DNA from: a virus
Taxonomy: Duplodnaviria > Caudoviricetes
IMG/VR virus record: IMGVR_UViG_2939702853_000005
Location: 9,323-73,322 of that record
Direction: 5' to 3' (one strand)
DNA length: 64,000 nt
The position numbers and the translations under genes were made by a program. Shown piece after piece: positions 50,221 to 60,411 of this stretch. Position 1 is the stretch's first letter. Each line of letters starts with the position of its first letter. Below the pieces are notes generated by a model that saw only the letters and a program-made list of their open reading frames with translations, ran no database searches and was not told where the DNA came from.

Positions 50221-50392
50221 TATGTATTTATTTCCCCTCAATTTTTTATTTTTATATCAGAGACAAGTTATCTCTGTGTTCACAATATATCACGTCGCTA
50301 TAAATTCGTCAATAAAAAAGATAATTTAATTATATTTACTTATTGGAAGAGTAAATGTATAATGTATATAAGATGAAAGGGGGTTGCGTCAC

Positions 50393-51445
50393 ATGAGCGC
50401 AATAACAAATAATATAGTTGGATTACATAATAGAAGCGTGTACGAAGATATTGAAACGCACCTAAATAGTTTCGAAAGTAAATTTACTTCAAACACCTAT
50501 AGAAATAGTTTGGCTAAATTTTTTATGTGGTACAGCAAGGGAAAGGATATGTCTTCATTAAAAAAAGAGGATTTGACAATAAGAAATGCAGATATATTGA
50601 GATATAGAAATTTTCTGGTGGGATTGAAAGATGAAGAAGGAGGCAGATTTTATACAAACACCACAGTAAATAATCATATAGCTGCAATTCAAAGTTTATA
50701 TTCTTTTTTTGAGAAAAATGATTATGATGTTAAAGCTATCACAACACATATAAAACCATTATCAGATGACTCGAAGAGATGTGGCACTTTATATCCTCAT
50801 GAAGCTGAACGGATGGCTATCATTATAGAAAAAACAAAAAAAGGAAATGAAAAATCTGCACTGATTCGAATGGCTTACACAACGAGCTTTCGTAAAAGTT
50901 CACTTCTGAATCTAGAGTGGGATGATATAGTATATAATGATGTTCACGACTACTATGAGGTCTATATTGTTGGTAAAGGTGGAATAAAGCATGTTATGCC
51001 TATTGAGCCTGAATTGTACAGCTATCTGCTTAAGATAAAAGAGCAGCCTTATTACAAGCAGTACGCAGACAATAAGGTATTTCATTTAGATACTAAAACG
51101 ATACAAAAGATGATGGGTTATTTAAAACAAGAATTAAATATCCCAACAGAAAGAAATGTGGTATTCCACAGCCTTCGAAATGTAGCAAGTAGTTTTGGAA
51201 CTCTTGAAGAAGCAAAGAAACATTACAATCATTCGAGTTACGATGTTACTGAACGTTACAGACACAAGGACAATGACTTAAGTAACAGCTTGAGCTTAAG
51301 AATTAGTAATCAAATTACTGATTCAATATTTGAAGAATTGTCAAAAGAAGAGTTGATTGAGATTATTCGAAGTCAACACGAAGGAGTGATTTTTCAAATG
51401 AAGAGAGATGCAAAAAAAATAAAAGAAGACAAGGAGAATTACTAA
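50393..51445 (+). CDS. Tyrosine recombinase-family protein
   Basis: SAM-like N-domain; TSFRKSSL (R), GKGG (K), FHSLRN (HxxR), NHSS..VTERY (H, Y). Confidence 0.85.
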   Translation: MSAITNNIVGLHNRSVYEDIETHLNSFESKFTSNTYRNSLAKFFMWYSKGKDMSSLKKEDLTIRNADILRYRNFLVGLKDEEGGRFYTNTTVNNHIAAIQSLYSFFEKNDYDVKAITTHIKPLSDDSKRCGTLYPHEAERMAIIIEKTKKGNEKSALIRMAYTTSFRKSSLLNLEWDDIVYNDVHDYYEVYIVGKGGIKHVMPIEPELYSYLLKIKEQPYYKQYADNKVFHLDTKTIQKMMGYLKQELNIPTERNVVFHSLRNVASSFGTLEEAKKHYNHSSYDVTERYRHKDNDLSNSLSLRISNQITDSIFEELSKEELIEIIRSQHEGVIFQMKRDAKKIKEDKENY

Positions 51446-51447
51446 TT

Positions 51448-53622
51448 TTGAATAGTGATATTATTGAAATTAACTTAAAGCCAGTGAAAAAATTGTATTA
51501 CGGCTCCGATTTTGGTGTGTTTTCATGTGTCTCAAACTCAACAAGTGTAGTAAATAATCAATATGGTAATTTTGTAATCAATGGGCCAATGCCAGAATTG
51601 AGTTTGAAGGCTGAATATGTTGCAAGATTACACTATGTTCAACACAAAAAATATGGATGGGGTTATGAGGTACAAAATATACGCCAAGAACTGCCTAATA
51701 CAATAAAAGGACAACATGCATTTTTACGGTCAATTCTAAGCGAAGCGCAATGTGAACCGATCATTGAAAGGTATCCGAATGAAGATATTATTGAAATGAT
51801 AAGAAGTGGTACACTTAATTATTCAGAAATTAAAGGGATAGGCAAAAAAACTTTTAATAAGATAAGAGAAAAAGTGAATGATAACTTTAACATACAAGAG
51901 GTATTAATTGAGTTATCTCAATACGGTGTTACTTACACTGTCATTAAAAAATTGCTAGAACGATATTATAACTCGCCAACTATAGTAGTTCAAAAGATCA
52001 AGGAAAATCCATATATATTGTGTGAAGAAGTAAATGGGTTAGGATTTAAAAAAGTCGATGGCTATGCTTTGATGATGAATATTGAAGAGAATTCTCCGTA
52101 TAGATTGGTGGCTGCTATTGACTACATACTCAAAGACGAAGAAAGTAAAAACGGTCATTGTTGGATTAATATCGATCATATGAAAAAATCAATGATATAT
52201 CTGTTAAATTTATCAAGCGAAATAATCTCCAACTTTCTAACAAGAGAGAATCTAAGGAGTTTTTATTTGGACGAGACCAGAATAGCTTTGAAAAGGGCAT
52301 ATCAAGATGAACTAAAAATTTTCAACAAAATAATGGAATTATTAAAAGGAGATCCATATAGAATTGAAAATATAGAGAATAAGATTGAAAAAGTTGAGAA
52401 TGAACAAGGTTTTAAATTTACAGAAGAACAAAGACAAACAATCTTTGATTGCGTTGAACATAATGTAGTTATAATATCTGGTAAAGCAGGTACAGGTAAA
52501 ACTTCCGTTCTCAAAGGAATATTAAAAATCTTGGACGAATATACATATGAGACATGTGCATTTAGTGGTAAAGCTTCTCAAAGAATCATAGAATCTACGG
52601 GATTAACATCTCAAACAATACATAGGCTTCTTGGATACAATCCTAAAATGGGATTTTTATATGATCATGACAATCCTTTGTACCAACAAGTTATTGTTCC
52701 AGATGAAGGAAGTATGATTCCAAGTTATCTATTTAGATCGCTAATAGTTGCAATTCCAAATGGACATAAACTTATAATGCTTGGGGATGTGGAACAATTA
52801 GCGGCTGTAGGTTCTGGTAAGCCCTTTATTGATATGATAGATAGTAAAAAAATAAAAGTTTGTGAGTTAACACAAGTACATAGACAAGCAATGAAATCAG
52901 GGATATTAGTGGCAGCTAATACTATACGAGAAGGAAATCAGATTGTTCAAGCAAACGATTATACGCCAAAAGTAGTAGGAGATTTAAAAGATTTATTTTT
53001 ATATCCCAAAGTAAATAGTCAAGATATTTATAATCATATAATAGAGTTATGCAAAAGCAATAAAGATAGGTTCAACTTAAAAGAGTTCCAAGTAATTGTA
53101 CCAATGAAGAATAAAGGGATACTTTCAACTAAGAATTTAAATCATGCACTCCAAAATATATTTAATTGTAATTCAGAAAATGGACTAAAAAGGGCAGATA
53201 TATTTTTTAAAACTGGAGACAAAATAATAAAAAATGGAAATGACTATGACAATGGAGTTTTCAATGGAACAATAGGATTCATTGCTTGTGTTGATTATGA
53301 AAACGATGCTTTAACTGTAGATTTCATGGGAGTAGAAGAACAAGTAATCTATAAACGAGAGCAGTTGTTGCAGATCGATCTTGCATACGCATTAACTACA
53401 CATCGGGTTCAGGGCAGTCAATTCGATAATGTTATTTATGCGCTTGATTATTCATCTTATATGCTTCTCAATAGACAACAAGTGTATACGGGCCTGACTA
53501 GAGCAATTAAAAGGTGTGTGTTTATTTTCGAGTTAAAGGCTTTAATAAGAGCTACTCAAACAAACGATACGAATAAAAGAAATACTTTTCTCAAAGAAAT
53601 GTTACAAAAAGGAGTCAACTAA
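51448..53622 (+). CDS. recD2: RecD2-like SF1B DNA helicase
   Basis: HhH-containing N-terminus, Walker A GKAGTGKT, DEGSM, GDVEQL, YALTTHRVQGSQF, YTGLTRA. Confidence 0.92.
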   Translation: MNSDIIEINLKPVKKLYYGSDFGVFSCVSNSTSVVNNQYGNFVINGPMPELSLKAEYVARLHYVQHKKYGWGYEVQNIRQELPNTIKGQHAFLRSILSEAQCEPIIERYPNEDIIEMIRSGTLNYSEIKGIGKKTFNKIREKVNDNFNIQEVLIELSQYGVTYTVIKKLLERYYNSPTIVVQKIKENPYILCEEVNGLGFKKVDGYALMMNIEENSPYRLVAAIDYILKDEESKNGHCWINIDHMKKSMIYLLNLSSEIISNFLTRENLRSFYLDETRIALKRAYQDELKIFNKIMELLKGDPYRIENIENKIEKVENEQGFKFTEEQRQTIFDCVEHNVVIISGKAGTGKTSVLKGILKILDEYTYETCAFSGKASQRIIESTGLTSQTIHRLLGYNPKMGFLYDHDNPLYQQVIVPDEGSMIPSYLFRSLIVAIPNGHKLIMLGDVEQLAAVGSGKPFIDMIDSKKIKVCELTQVHRQAMKSGILVAANTIREGNQIVQANDYTPKVVGDLKDLFLYPKVNSQDIYNHIIELCKSNKDRFNLKEFQVIVPMKNKGILSTKNLNHALQNIFNCNSENGLKRADIFFKTGDKIIKNGNDYDNGVFNGTIGFIACVDYENDALTVDFMGVEEQVIYKREQLLQIDLAYALTTHRVQGSQFDNVIYALDYSSYMLLNRQQVYTGLTRAIKRCVFIFELKALIRATQTNDTNKRNTFLKEMLQKGVN

Positions 53623-53624
53623 TT

Positions 53625-54623
53625 ATGAATTTAAAAAATATACATAAAGGATTTGTAGCAAAAAATTATAAACATATGTGTGAGGTATTAGAGGAAGAGG
53701 TTAAAGAGGGTAATTCAAAAAACTCTCAATTAAAAGTCTGGAATAGTTATTTTGAATATGAAAAACGCGGCAATAAACTCGTAATAAAAAGAGTATATAA
53801 GAAACCAAAAGCAATTCCAGATACAAGAGGAGGAAATAAACTTCCTTATTTAGAAAATATAAATGATTTATTGATACAAATATTATTAAGGGCTAAAGGC
53901 TATAAATTTATACTATCCAAAAATAGGCTGTTATTGATGTTGAATATGATCAATGGGAAATATAATACAGGCAAAGATAATATAGAATATCTATGCAAAC
54001 ATTTAAAAATGGATAAAGTAGATATTTATGATTTTTACAATAGTACCGATGACACATTAAAAAGGAATTTAGAATCATCGCTAAAAGACTTGAAAAATAA
54101 AAAAGCAATTTTTTATAAAACTGTATTGATGATCTGTAAGAATAATGATGTGCATAGAGCAAGTGATGACGAAGAAGAAATGGTTTTAACAGTACAATCA
54201 AGAGTTCTAGAAAGTATGGGATATAAAGGATTGATCGAAGTGTTTAGAGATGGTGTCATTGAAGAATTTACTGAAATGAGTAATACAATACTATATAATG
54301 ACTATGGAATTTCTTATGTTTTTGAAGCATACGATGTGACCTTAAACAAAGATAAACTTATTGATTTAAAAAAAATTAATGATAAGAAGCTTTTCAAGCT
54401 AGAAAATTGCATCAATATATCAATAAAAGATAGACTGCTCGATAATACTGGCAAACGTGTCACACGAGAAATTGAAAAATGGGATGACGGATTTGGTGAG
54501 TTCAATAGTAAAACAGCATTTAGAGCAAACAGTGATTATTATGCAAATCAAGAGAAATTGATAGATATATTTGTAGATGCAAACAGTAAATTCAACATGA
54601 CTGAATTGAATAAAAGTCAATAA
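53625..54623 (+). CDS. Hypothetical DNA-binding protein, possible replication initiator
   Basis: Basic 332-aa ORF coupled to helicase and followed by a long structured non-coding region. Confidence 0.45.
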   Translation: MNLKNIHKGFVAKNYKHMCEVLEEEVKEGNSKNSQLKVWNSYFEYEKRGNKLVIKRVYKKPKAIPDTRGGNKLPYLENINDLLIQILLRAKGYKFILSKNRLLLMLNMINGKYNTGKDNIEYLCKHLKMDKVDIYDFYNSTDDTLKRNLESSLKDLKNKKAIFYKTVLMICKNNDVHRASDDEEEMVLTVQSRVLESMGYKGLIEVFRDGVIEEFTEMSNTILYNDYGISYVFEAYDVTLNKDKLIDLKKINDKKLFKLENCINISIKDRLLDNTGKRVTREIEKWDDGFGEFNSKTAFRANSDYYANQEKLIDIFVDANSKFNMTELNKSQ

Positions 54624-54653
54624 AATAAAGGGTTTTTGTATCAAAAAAGCATC

Positions 54654-54715
54654 AAAAGTTGAACAGCAAAAAATCTTAATAATAATATATATAGGGTTTT
54701 TGCTGTTCAACTTTT
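54654..54715. repeat. Perfect 19-bp inverted repeat with 24-bp AT-rich spacer
   Basis: AAAAGTTGAACAGCAAAAA (54654-54672) / TTTTTGCTGTTCAACTTTT (54697-54715). Confidence 0.9.
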
Positions 54716-54819
54716 TTATAAAAAACTGGCTTAAACATTGGATAAATTGATGATTTTTGTGATGAAAAAAGTGATTATAGTCAAAATTGATTGAATCAGA
54801 ATTAGCCGCATAGGGTGAA

Positions 54820-54891
54820 TTGCCGTAGGCAAGAGGGAAACGGCGGCAGGTCGATAAAACGTTTACGAAGCGTAGCGAAGTGTTTTGTCGA
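54820..54891. other. GC-rich hairpins resembling a plasmid single-strand origin
   Basis: TTGCC-GTA-GGCAA; TCGATAAAAC...GTTTTGTCGA with TAGCGA (CS-6-like) in loop. Confidence 0.4.
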
Positions 54892-55721
54892 GATGGTAAG
54901 AGAGTTTCCCTATATTTGTGGGTAAGGTCAAAAGAATCGTCACAAAAAATTAGCAAGCTAATTATTTCGTTCCGTCATCCAGTCACAGGTGACTGTCTGT
55001 AATTTGTATTTTCTCTGATAAATAATGAACAGTCATTCTTCGTGTTAATTTGGATTCTATTGTTCGAATCATAGATTGATCTATAGGAATGAAATTATTT
55101 GGTGGATGGTTAATGGAAGGGTAGGGTAAAGAAGACAAATTATAAAACTCTATACTTTTCTATGTAGGAGTTATGAGACCCAAGGTGAATTTAACAATCA
55201 GTCAAATGGGATTAAATAATAAGTTTGTTGACGAATATATGGGCAATTAATTGTATTTCGGATTATAAGGTAAGACATTCAGAAATGGATGTCTTTTTTG
55301 CTTGTCTTGAGGGAAGTTAAAATACCTTCAATCGTGATGATAAAAAAGCTCAATCGTGAATATAGATAAATTGACTAAAAACACTTATAGAATAAGGATA
55401 ATTGAGTGTGTCGAGTTAAGTAATGATATGCTGAATCGCAAAAGGGTAGATGTGTAAAGGGTAATTTAATAAATATTAGATGAAAATAGCCGAAAAAGGC
55501 ATGGTTACAGGATTGTAATAGGAGATAAAAAATAGATAAACAAAGGGGAGTTACGATTGAGTTTACGATTGAGATAAGGTGAAAATACGATGAAATAGTT
55601 ACAAAATTTTAATATAAAGAAGGAGTGAAAAAATAACTTCAGTGTCGAAGTGGAAGTGCTACAGCATTATTTGTAAAAAATAGATGTTGATTGGATGTAA
55701 ACCACCCCCCGGTATACTCTC

Positions 55722-55757
55722 CTAGATACCATATAAGTATAGTTGTATGGTATCTAG
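55722..55757. repeat. 12-bp inverted repeat next to a C-run
   Basis: CTAGATACCATA / TATGGTATCTAG, preceded by ACCACCCCCCGG at 55701. Confidence 0.8.
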
Positions 55758-56145
55758 AGAAGGACAATGAATAGAAAATACTTGACAAAATGGTGTGAAT
55801 ATAATTCTATGAAATTGTAAAAAAATACTAAATATACTAGTTTAAATTTGAAACCTTTGGGCCGATAAGGAGGAGGGCAGAGGGGCAGCAAGTCGTTGTA
55901 ATCGGTAGGTGACACGAATGGCATTAGACAAGACTATCACCAATTATATTGTATCATATATATTAACTGCCAACCATATCATTATAAATTAAATTGTACA
56001 CAATATAATATCATCAAATTTAATATCAACCAACTTAATGCTCTCCATCTACCATTACCATTTACTCTATCTCGCTCACTCAATACCATGACACAATCAC
56101 TCATGCATCTTACCATAATTATCAAGTCTCATCAATTTCAATAAG

Positions 56146-56200
56146 CAAAAATAATTAAATCCTTGTAATATCATACCGTCTGTGTTATAATTATATATGT
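56146..56200 (+). promoter_or_regulatory. SigA-type early promoter with upstream AAAWATAATTAAA motif
   Basis: TTGTAA...TGTTATAAT; motif recurs at about 56873, 59594, 60448, 61334. Confidence 0.6.
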
Positions 56201-56230
56201 AAGGAAGAGACGCAGAAAGGAGGTGGTAAC

Positions 56231-56431
56231 ATGATAGAAACGATAGGCAAAATACTTGCAACGGTTGGGGCTGCATTAACCACAACAATACTTGCAATGA
56301 ACTTCTTCCCTGACAAGGCCAGAAAGATTGCTGATACTGAAAAGGTTAAAGCTGAAACAGAGAAAATAAAGGAGGAAACAAGAAGGCTCAAACTTGAGAA
56401 TGACAAGCTAGAACGTGACAATCAGGTATAA
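56231..56431 (+). CDS. Small membrane protein (N-terminal TM plus charged tail), YonT-like type I toxin candidate
   Basis: GGAGGTG RBS; hydrophobic N-terminus; followed by hairpin GAAGGAGTC-GAATT-GACTCCTTC. Confidence 0.6.
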   Translation: MIETIGKILATVGAALTTTILAMNFFPDKARKIADTEKVKAETEKIKEETRRLKLENDKLERDNQV

Positions 56432-56542
56432 TACATATATCCTGTATGGGCTGAAGGAGTCGAATTGACTCCTTCTAATCTCTAGGATACAATAACATTG
56501 AGTTTGTTGTGATACGGTATCAAATGTGAAAGGAGATTGTAC

Positions 56543-56704
56543 ATGACCAACAATAAGACGATAGCTACGCGTATACTATCGGTCATTGTATTCCTTATTG
56601 GATGTGTCTTGCTAGGTATGGATAGTACAACATTGCCCACCTTCCTACCTTATGCATTCATCTTTATAAGTGTAATAACCTTTGTAGCTTCAATCAGAAA
56701 GTAA
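56543..56704 (+). CDS. Small two-TM protein (53 aa)
   Basis: Not in ORF track; MTNNKTIATRILSVIVFLIGCVLLGMDSTTLPTFLPYAFIFISVITFVASIRK; AAGGAG RBS. Confidence 0.6.
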   Translation: MTNNKTIATRILSVIVFLIGCVLLGMDSTTLPTFLPYAFIFISVITFVASIRK

Positions 56705-56961
56705 TAAGACATACCATATGTAATCATCAGGTTGTACGCTGTGTACAGCTCTTACAAGCAGATATAGGCCTAGGCAATAACATGTCTAGGCTCTTTACTA
56801 TGCCGTTATTCTTTTACCTACATCAACAAGCTACTTAGGTCTATTCAAATCCTACCTATCAAATTCAATAAGTAAATATAATTAAATAAATACTGTACAT
56901 TATACTAGACATATGTTATAATTATATATGTAAGGGATACACACCGAAAGGTGGTGACACC

Positions 56962-57153
56962 ATGCAAGAATACATACCTTACATTGCTCTAATCATAAAC
57001 TTTCTCGGTTTTGCGCTTCGGATTCTCAAATTCATCTTTGATGAAAAACGAGCAAGACGCAAAGAGGAAGCAGAACGATTAGACAAGCTCAAAGAAGCTG
57101 AAAATGAAAAGAGTGCATTTCCTCCTAGAAAGGAAACACACTCAAAGCGTTGA
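56962..57153 (+). CDS. Small membrane protein (N-terminal TM plus charged tail), YonT-like type I toxin candidate
   Basis: Same promoter/RBS layout as 56231; YIALIINFLGFALRILKFIF TM. Confidence 0.6.
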   Translation: MQEYIPYIALIINFLGFALRILKFIFDEKRARRKEEAERLDKLKEAENEKSAFPPRKETHSKR

Positions 57154-57254
57154 AGCTTTAAACAACTAGGGGAATCAAATGGTTCCCTTAGTTCCTCACC
57201 TACATATTATCATAAGCGTTGACTATAGACAACATAAAGGAGGAATTACACTAT

Positions 57255-57425
57255 ATGAAACGATTTATTAAACGTATACCATCAAATGTATTGCTTATTA
57301 TCTGTGCCATTGCATCTTTATTTATTGAGTATCCAAATTCAATAAGATTTGTTGCTTGGATATTAGCGGCTTTAATGATCGCAACAGGTGTATTGGGCAT
57401 CATAAGAGATAAAAATAATAAGTAA
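57255..57425 (+). CDS. Small two-TM protein
   Basis: ATG at 57255 after GGAGG; two hydrophobic segments. Confidence 0.6.
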   Translation: MKRFIKRIPSNVLLIICAIASLFIEYPNSIRFVAWILAALMIATGVLGIIRDKNNK

Positions 57426-57517
57426 TGAATAAGCCTGATATTCTAATGTAGCAACAAATTACCTTTCTTATCTCATGTGATACAATATTGCTATTACTCT
57501 TGATAGGATGGGATGTT

Positions 57518-58024
57518 ATGAATGACGATATATTGAAGCAAATAGAAATACCACCTAAGCTGCAAGAACATCTGAATTTAATGAAAAAGGTTATGGATAG
57601 CGATTACTATAAGACTGCATTTGATATGGTTTCTAAGTATGACAATCTGAAGCCTACCATTGACCATATAAAACAAATAAAACCATCTCTTGATTTGGTG
57701 AAAGATATACCATCTGAATACTTTAAACTAAATGAGATAACGCAAAAGTTCTTTAATCAAATACCAACTTCGACTAACAATAAAACTGACCGTTTATCCA
57801 ATAATGATATTCCAACTACTCATGACGTGGATGAGTTTTTTGATACAGTTGAAAAAATCGTGCCACAGATAGATGATGAGGAATGTCGCAATGATGTACA
57901 ACAACTCGTTACTGAGGCCAAGAAAGAATATAAATTCTTTGATTGGCATGAAGTAACAATGACAAAGGTTATCCCTTGGATTCTTGCAATAGTTGCGCTC
58001 ATTAATGCTATATATCATTCGTAG
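57518..58024 (+). CDS. Hypothetical protein with C-terminal hydrophobic anchor
   Basis: ORF ending VIPWILAIVALINAIYHS, followed by terminator. Confidence 0.55.
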   Translation: MNDDILKQIEIPPKLQEHLNLMKKVMDSDYYKTAFDMVSKYDNLKPTIDHIKQIKPSLDLVKDIPSEYFKLNEITQKFFNQIPTSTNNKTDRLSNNDIPTTHDVDEFFDTVEKIVPQIDDEECRNDVQQLVTEAKKEYKFFDWHEVTMTKVIPWILAIVALINAIYHS

Positions 58025-58042
58025 ATAATACCATACACAAAC

Positions 58043-58073
58043 AAGCCTAGATGATCCTGTCTAGGCTCTTTTT
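58043..58073 (+). terminator. Intrinsic terminator
   Basis: AGCCTAGA-TGATCCTG-TCTAGGCT-CTTTTTT; related hairpin at about 56766-56795. Confidence 0.7.
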
Positions 58074-58157
58074 CTGCTTACTGTTTAGGGTTGTATAAAC
58101 GATTCACTTACTCGGTATCATATTCATTTTTTCAATTGTAGACAATTCCTCATTGGT

Positions 58158-58376
58158 TTACTTTTCAATTTTAACGGTAATCAATTGCGCTAAATCAGTT
58201 AGTTCAAACGTTCTCATAATAGTAGTAATTTGTTCCCGTGAAAATGTTTTATTTACATTTCTAGCCCATTCACTAATAGTTGCCTCGCGTATACCCATTT
58301 CTTTATGTGCTGTCTTAAAATCCCATCCACGTTGTTTCAGTAGGAAATTAAGATGACATTCTATAACGATATTCAT
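58158..58376 (-). CDS. Cro/C1-type (Xre) HTH regulator
   Basis: LNFLLKQRGW...MGIREATISEWARN...ITTIMRTFEL..LITV. Confidence 0.8.
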   Translation of the reverse strand: MNIVIECHLNFLLKQRGWDFKTAHKEMGIREATISEWARNVNKTFSREQITTIMRTFELTDLAQLITVKIEK

Positions 58377-58528
58377 TTCAATAAACCTCCAGATGTATCC
58401 TTTGTATTCTTATTATAAGGAGTGATTACGATATGTGCAATTACGAAAATCGAATTTATTTGTTTACAAATACGAATTTCGCATCTATAATAGAAATATA
58501 AAGAAGAACACAAAGGAGACGATACATA

Positions 58529-59113
58529 ATGAACAAACTAATTGGATGCAAGGTATTTGGAAATTGGGGTATGGCAGGATGGGATTATGGAATTGTTGTA
58601 AATGAATTTTCTGACTCTCTAGGTACAGACGTTACTATTGAATGGGAGGACGGACGACAACAAACTGTGGACGAAAAAGATATTGTAGAAATCAATGACG
58701 ATACTGATATTGAAACTGTAGGCTTTTACATCGATGTAAAAGGAGAATACCTTTCATCGAATATAAATGTTCAAATCACCAAAGAAGCCAGACTTCCAAA
58801 GGAATCAATTAATCAAGCCGTTACTAATAAATCCAACCACTCACCACGAATCACAAACTATGATTTACTTGATGACCTAGACAAACTTAGAGCATTAACT
58901 TCTTGTCTTGTAGACGCTATTGAGTCTCTTAATGCGCGGACATATGGATATAATTCATTGCTGATATCCGAACAGCAACGTGCTAAAACTATATTCTTTG
59001 AAGAATTAAACACAAATAATGTAAAAATTACTTCGGCAATTATCAATAAGGCTAAACGACTTTCTTGGAATACTTTAGCTTCCTTACTGCATGAATGTAT
59101 TGGCAATAAATAA
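58529..59113 (+). CDS. Hypothetical early protein
   Basis: Divergent from HTH gene; promoter TTTACA..TATAAT and GGAG RBS. Confidence 0.55.
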   Translation: MNKLIGCKVFGNWGMAGWDYGIVVNEFSDSLGTDVTIEWEDGRQQTVDEKDIVEINDDTDIETVGFYIDVKGEYLSSNINVQITKEARLPKESINQAVTNKSNHSPRITNYDLLDDLDKLRALTSCLVDAIESLNARTYGYNSLLISEQQRAKTIFFEELNTNNVKITSAIINKAKRLSWNTLASLLHECIGNK

Positions 59114-59139
59114 ACTTGTTAAAAAGGAGAGGAAGACAA

Positions 59140-59283
59140 ATGACCTATTTAGTTATGTGGGAAGTAAGGATTCCATACAAACATAAAAACAGTAGAATAC
59201 TGCATTATAAAATAAGGAAATATAACAAACCCGCTCAAACACTCGAAGATGCTGAAAAAATAAAGTTAGAAAAAGAGAAATAG
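59140..59283 (+). CDS. Small hypothetical protein (47 aa)
   Basis: Not in ORF track; GGAGAGG RBS; MTYLVMWEVRIPYK... Confidence 0.45.
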   Translation: MTYLVMWEVRIPYKHKNSRILHYKIRKYNKPAQTLEDAEKIKLEKEK

Positions 59284-59641
59284 GGCTATTGGGTGAAGAT
59301 CATTAAAGAATAAGACTTAATAAATTGAGGAGAATGTGAAAATTAATGAAAAACATACGAGTAGTCAAACAAAACGGATCAACCATCATACATAAACTAG
59401 GAACCAACTTAGACATTCTTGAACTATTACGGCTTTCCAAATGGATAGAGTAGATTACGAAGGCAAGTATGTCTATATACATCTAAAAGGGTGAATTAAA
59501 TGAGTTTATGGAGACTCAAAGATAAAATATCGTTTTTATTAAGTGTTACGTTGTGGCTGGTCGGTATAGTAAAAATTTATTTTTAATCTCTATATACAAA
59601 TATAATTAAAATGTTTCACGTGGAACAATAATTTATTAAAG

Positions 59642-59848
59642 GTGGGAATATTAATGGGAAACTTGATGAATAAATATAGTGAGTGGAGAAAAGTATCAGA
59701 ACAAATGTTAGAGGATGGTTTCAGTGGTTCTGTTGATTGCGGAGAATCTATAGTTAGAGATGATTTTTCTCAATACGCAAAACTTGAATCAACAATTAGC
59801 TTTGATGATATGTTTGCTATAGAACTGGAATATGATACAATGTTTTAA
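59642..59848 (+). CDS. Small acidic hypothetical protein
   Basis: 68-aa ORF directly upstream of the Cas11-like gene. Confidence 0.5.
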   Translation: MGILMGNLMNKYSEWRKVSEQMLEDGFSGSVDCGESIVRDDFSQYAKLESTISFDDMFAIELEYDTMF

Positions 59849-59880
59849 AAGTGATTCATTTAACAAGGAGGTCTGAAGCT

Positions 59881-60351
59881 ATGAAAGTAGTAGAAATGGA
59901 CATAAAAATGACAACGAAAAAAGTTATTGAAAGCTTATTATCAGAAAATCCATCTCTCTCTATTTCCACAGATGAAGAATACTATTTTATTTACGGACAG
60001 ATAATAAGTCATTTAACCTATCTGTTGTACAAACAAGAAATAAAATATGTTCACGGTACTGGGAACTATGGATATACAATTAAGCAATGGAAAGAAAAAT
60101 TTGAAAGATGTAATAGTCCAAAAGCTCAAAAGACACAAGTCGAAAACTTTATGAAAGAATACGCTTATTTAATCGACTTAGAAAATAGACATCTAAGAAA
60201 TGGGTTAGCAATGTTTTTTGGATATCGACCAGATAAACCTATGGTGAAATTTGGTTACAAATATTACGCATATGGCACTGCCGTTTCAACGCTTTTTTTG
60301 AAAGATGCTACACAGATTTCTGATTTTAATTTGAATATTAGTTTAGAGTAG
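59881..60351 (+). CDS. Stand-alone Cas8b(Csh1)-C-terminal/Cas11-like protein; candidate anti-CRISPR
   Basis: SISTDEEYYFIYGQ, FMKEYAYLID and LRNGLAMFFGYRP recall the Cas8b C-terminal domain pattern (from memory, not searched); ATG 59881 after AAGGAGG. Confidence 0.5.
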   Translation: MKVVEMDIKMTTKKVIESLLSENPSLSISTDEEYYFIYGQIISHLTYLLYKQEIKYVHGTGNYGYTIKQWKEKFERCNSPKAQKTQVENFMKEYAYLIDLENRHLRNGLAMFFGYRPDKPMVKFGYKYYAYGTAVSTLFLKDATQISDFNLNISLE

Positions 60352-60411
60352 AAAATTAAAATAACCGTAACATAAGATGTACAAAAGAAAACTTAATACA
60401 TATGGAAAATA

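Noticed and set aside
55782-55805. Perfect TTGACA and TATAAT hexamers
   Set aside because: Spacer is only 12 nt, so not a canonical SigA promoter
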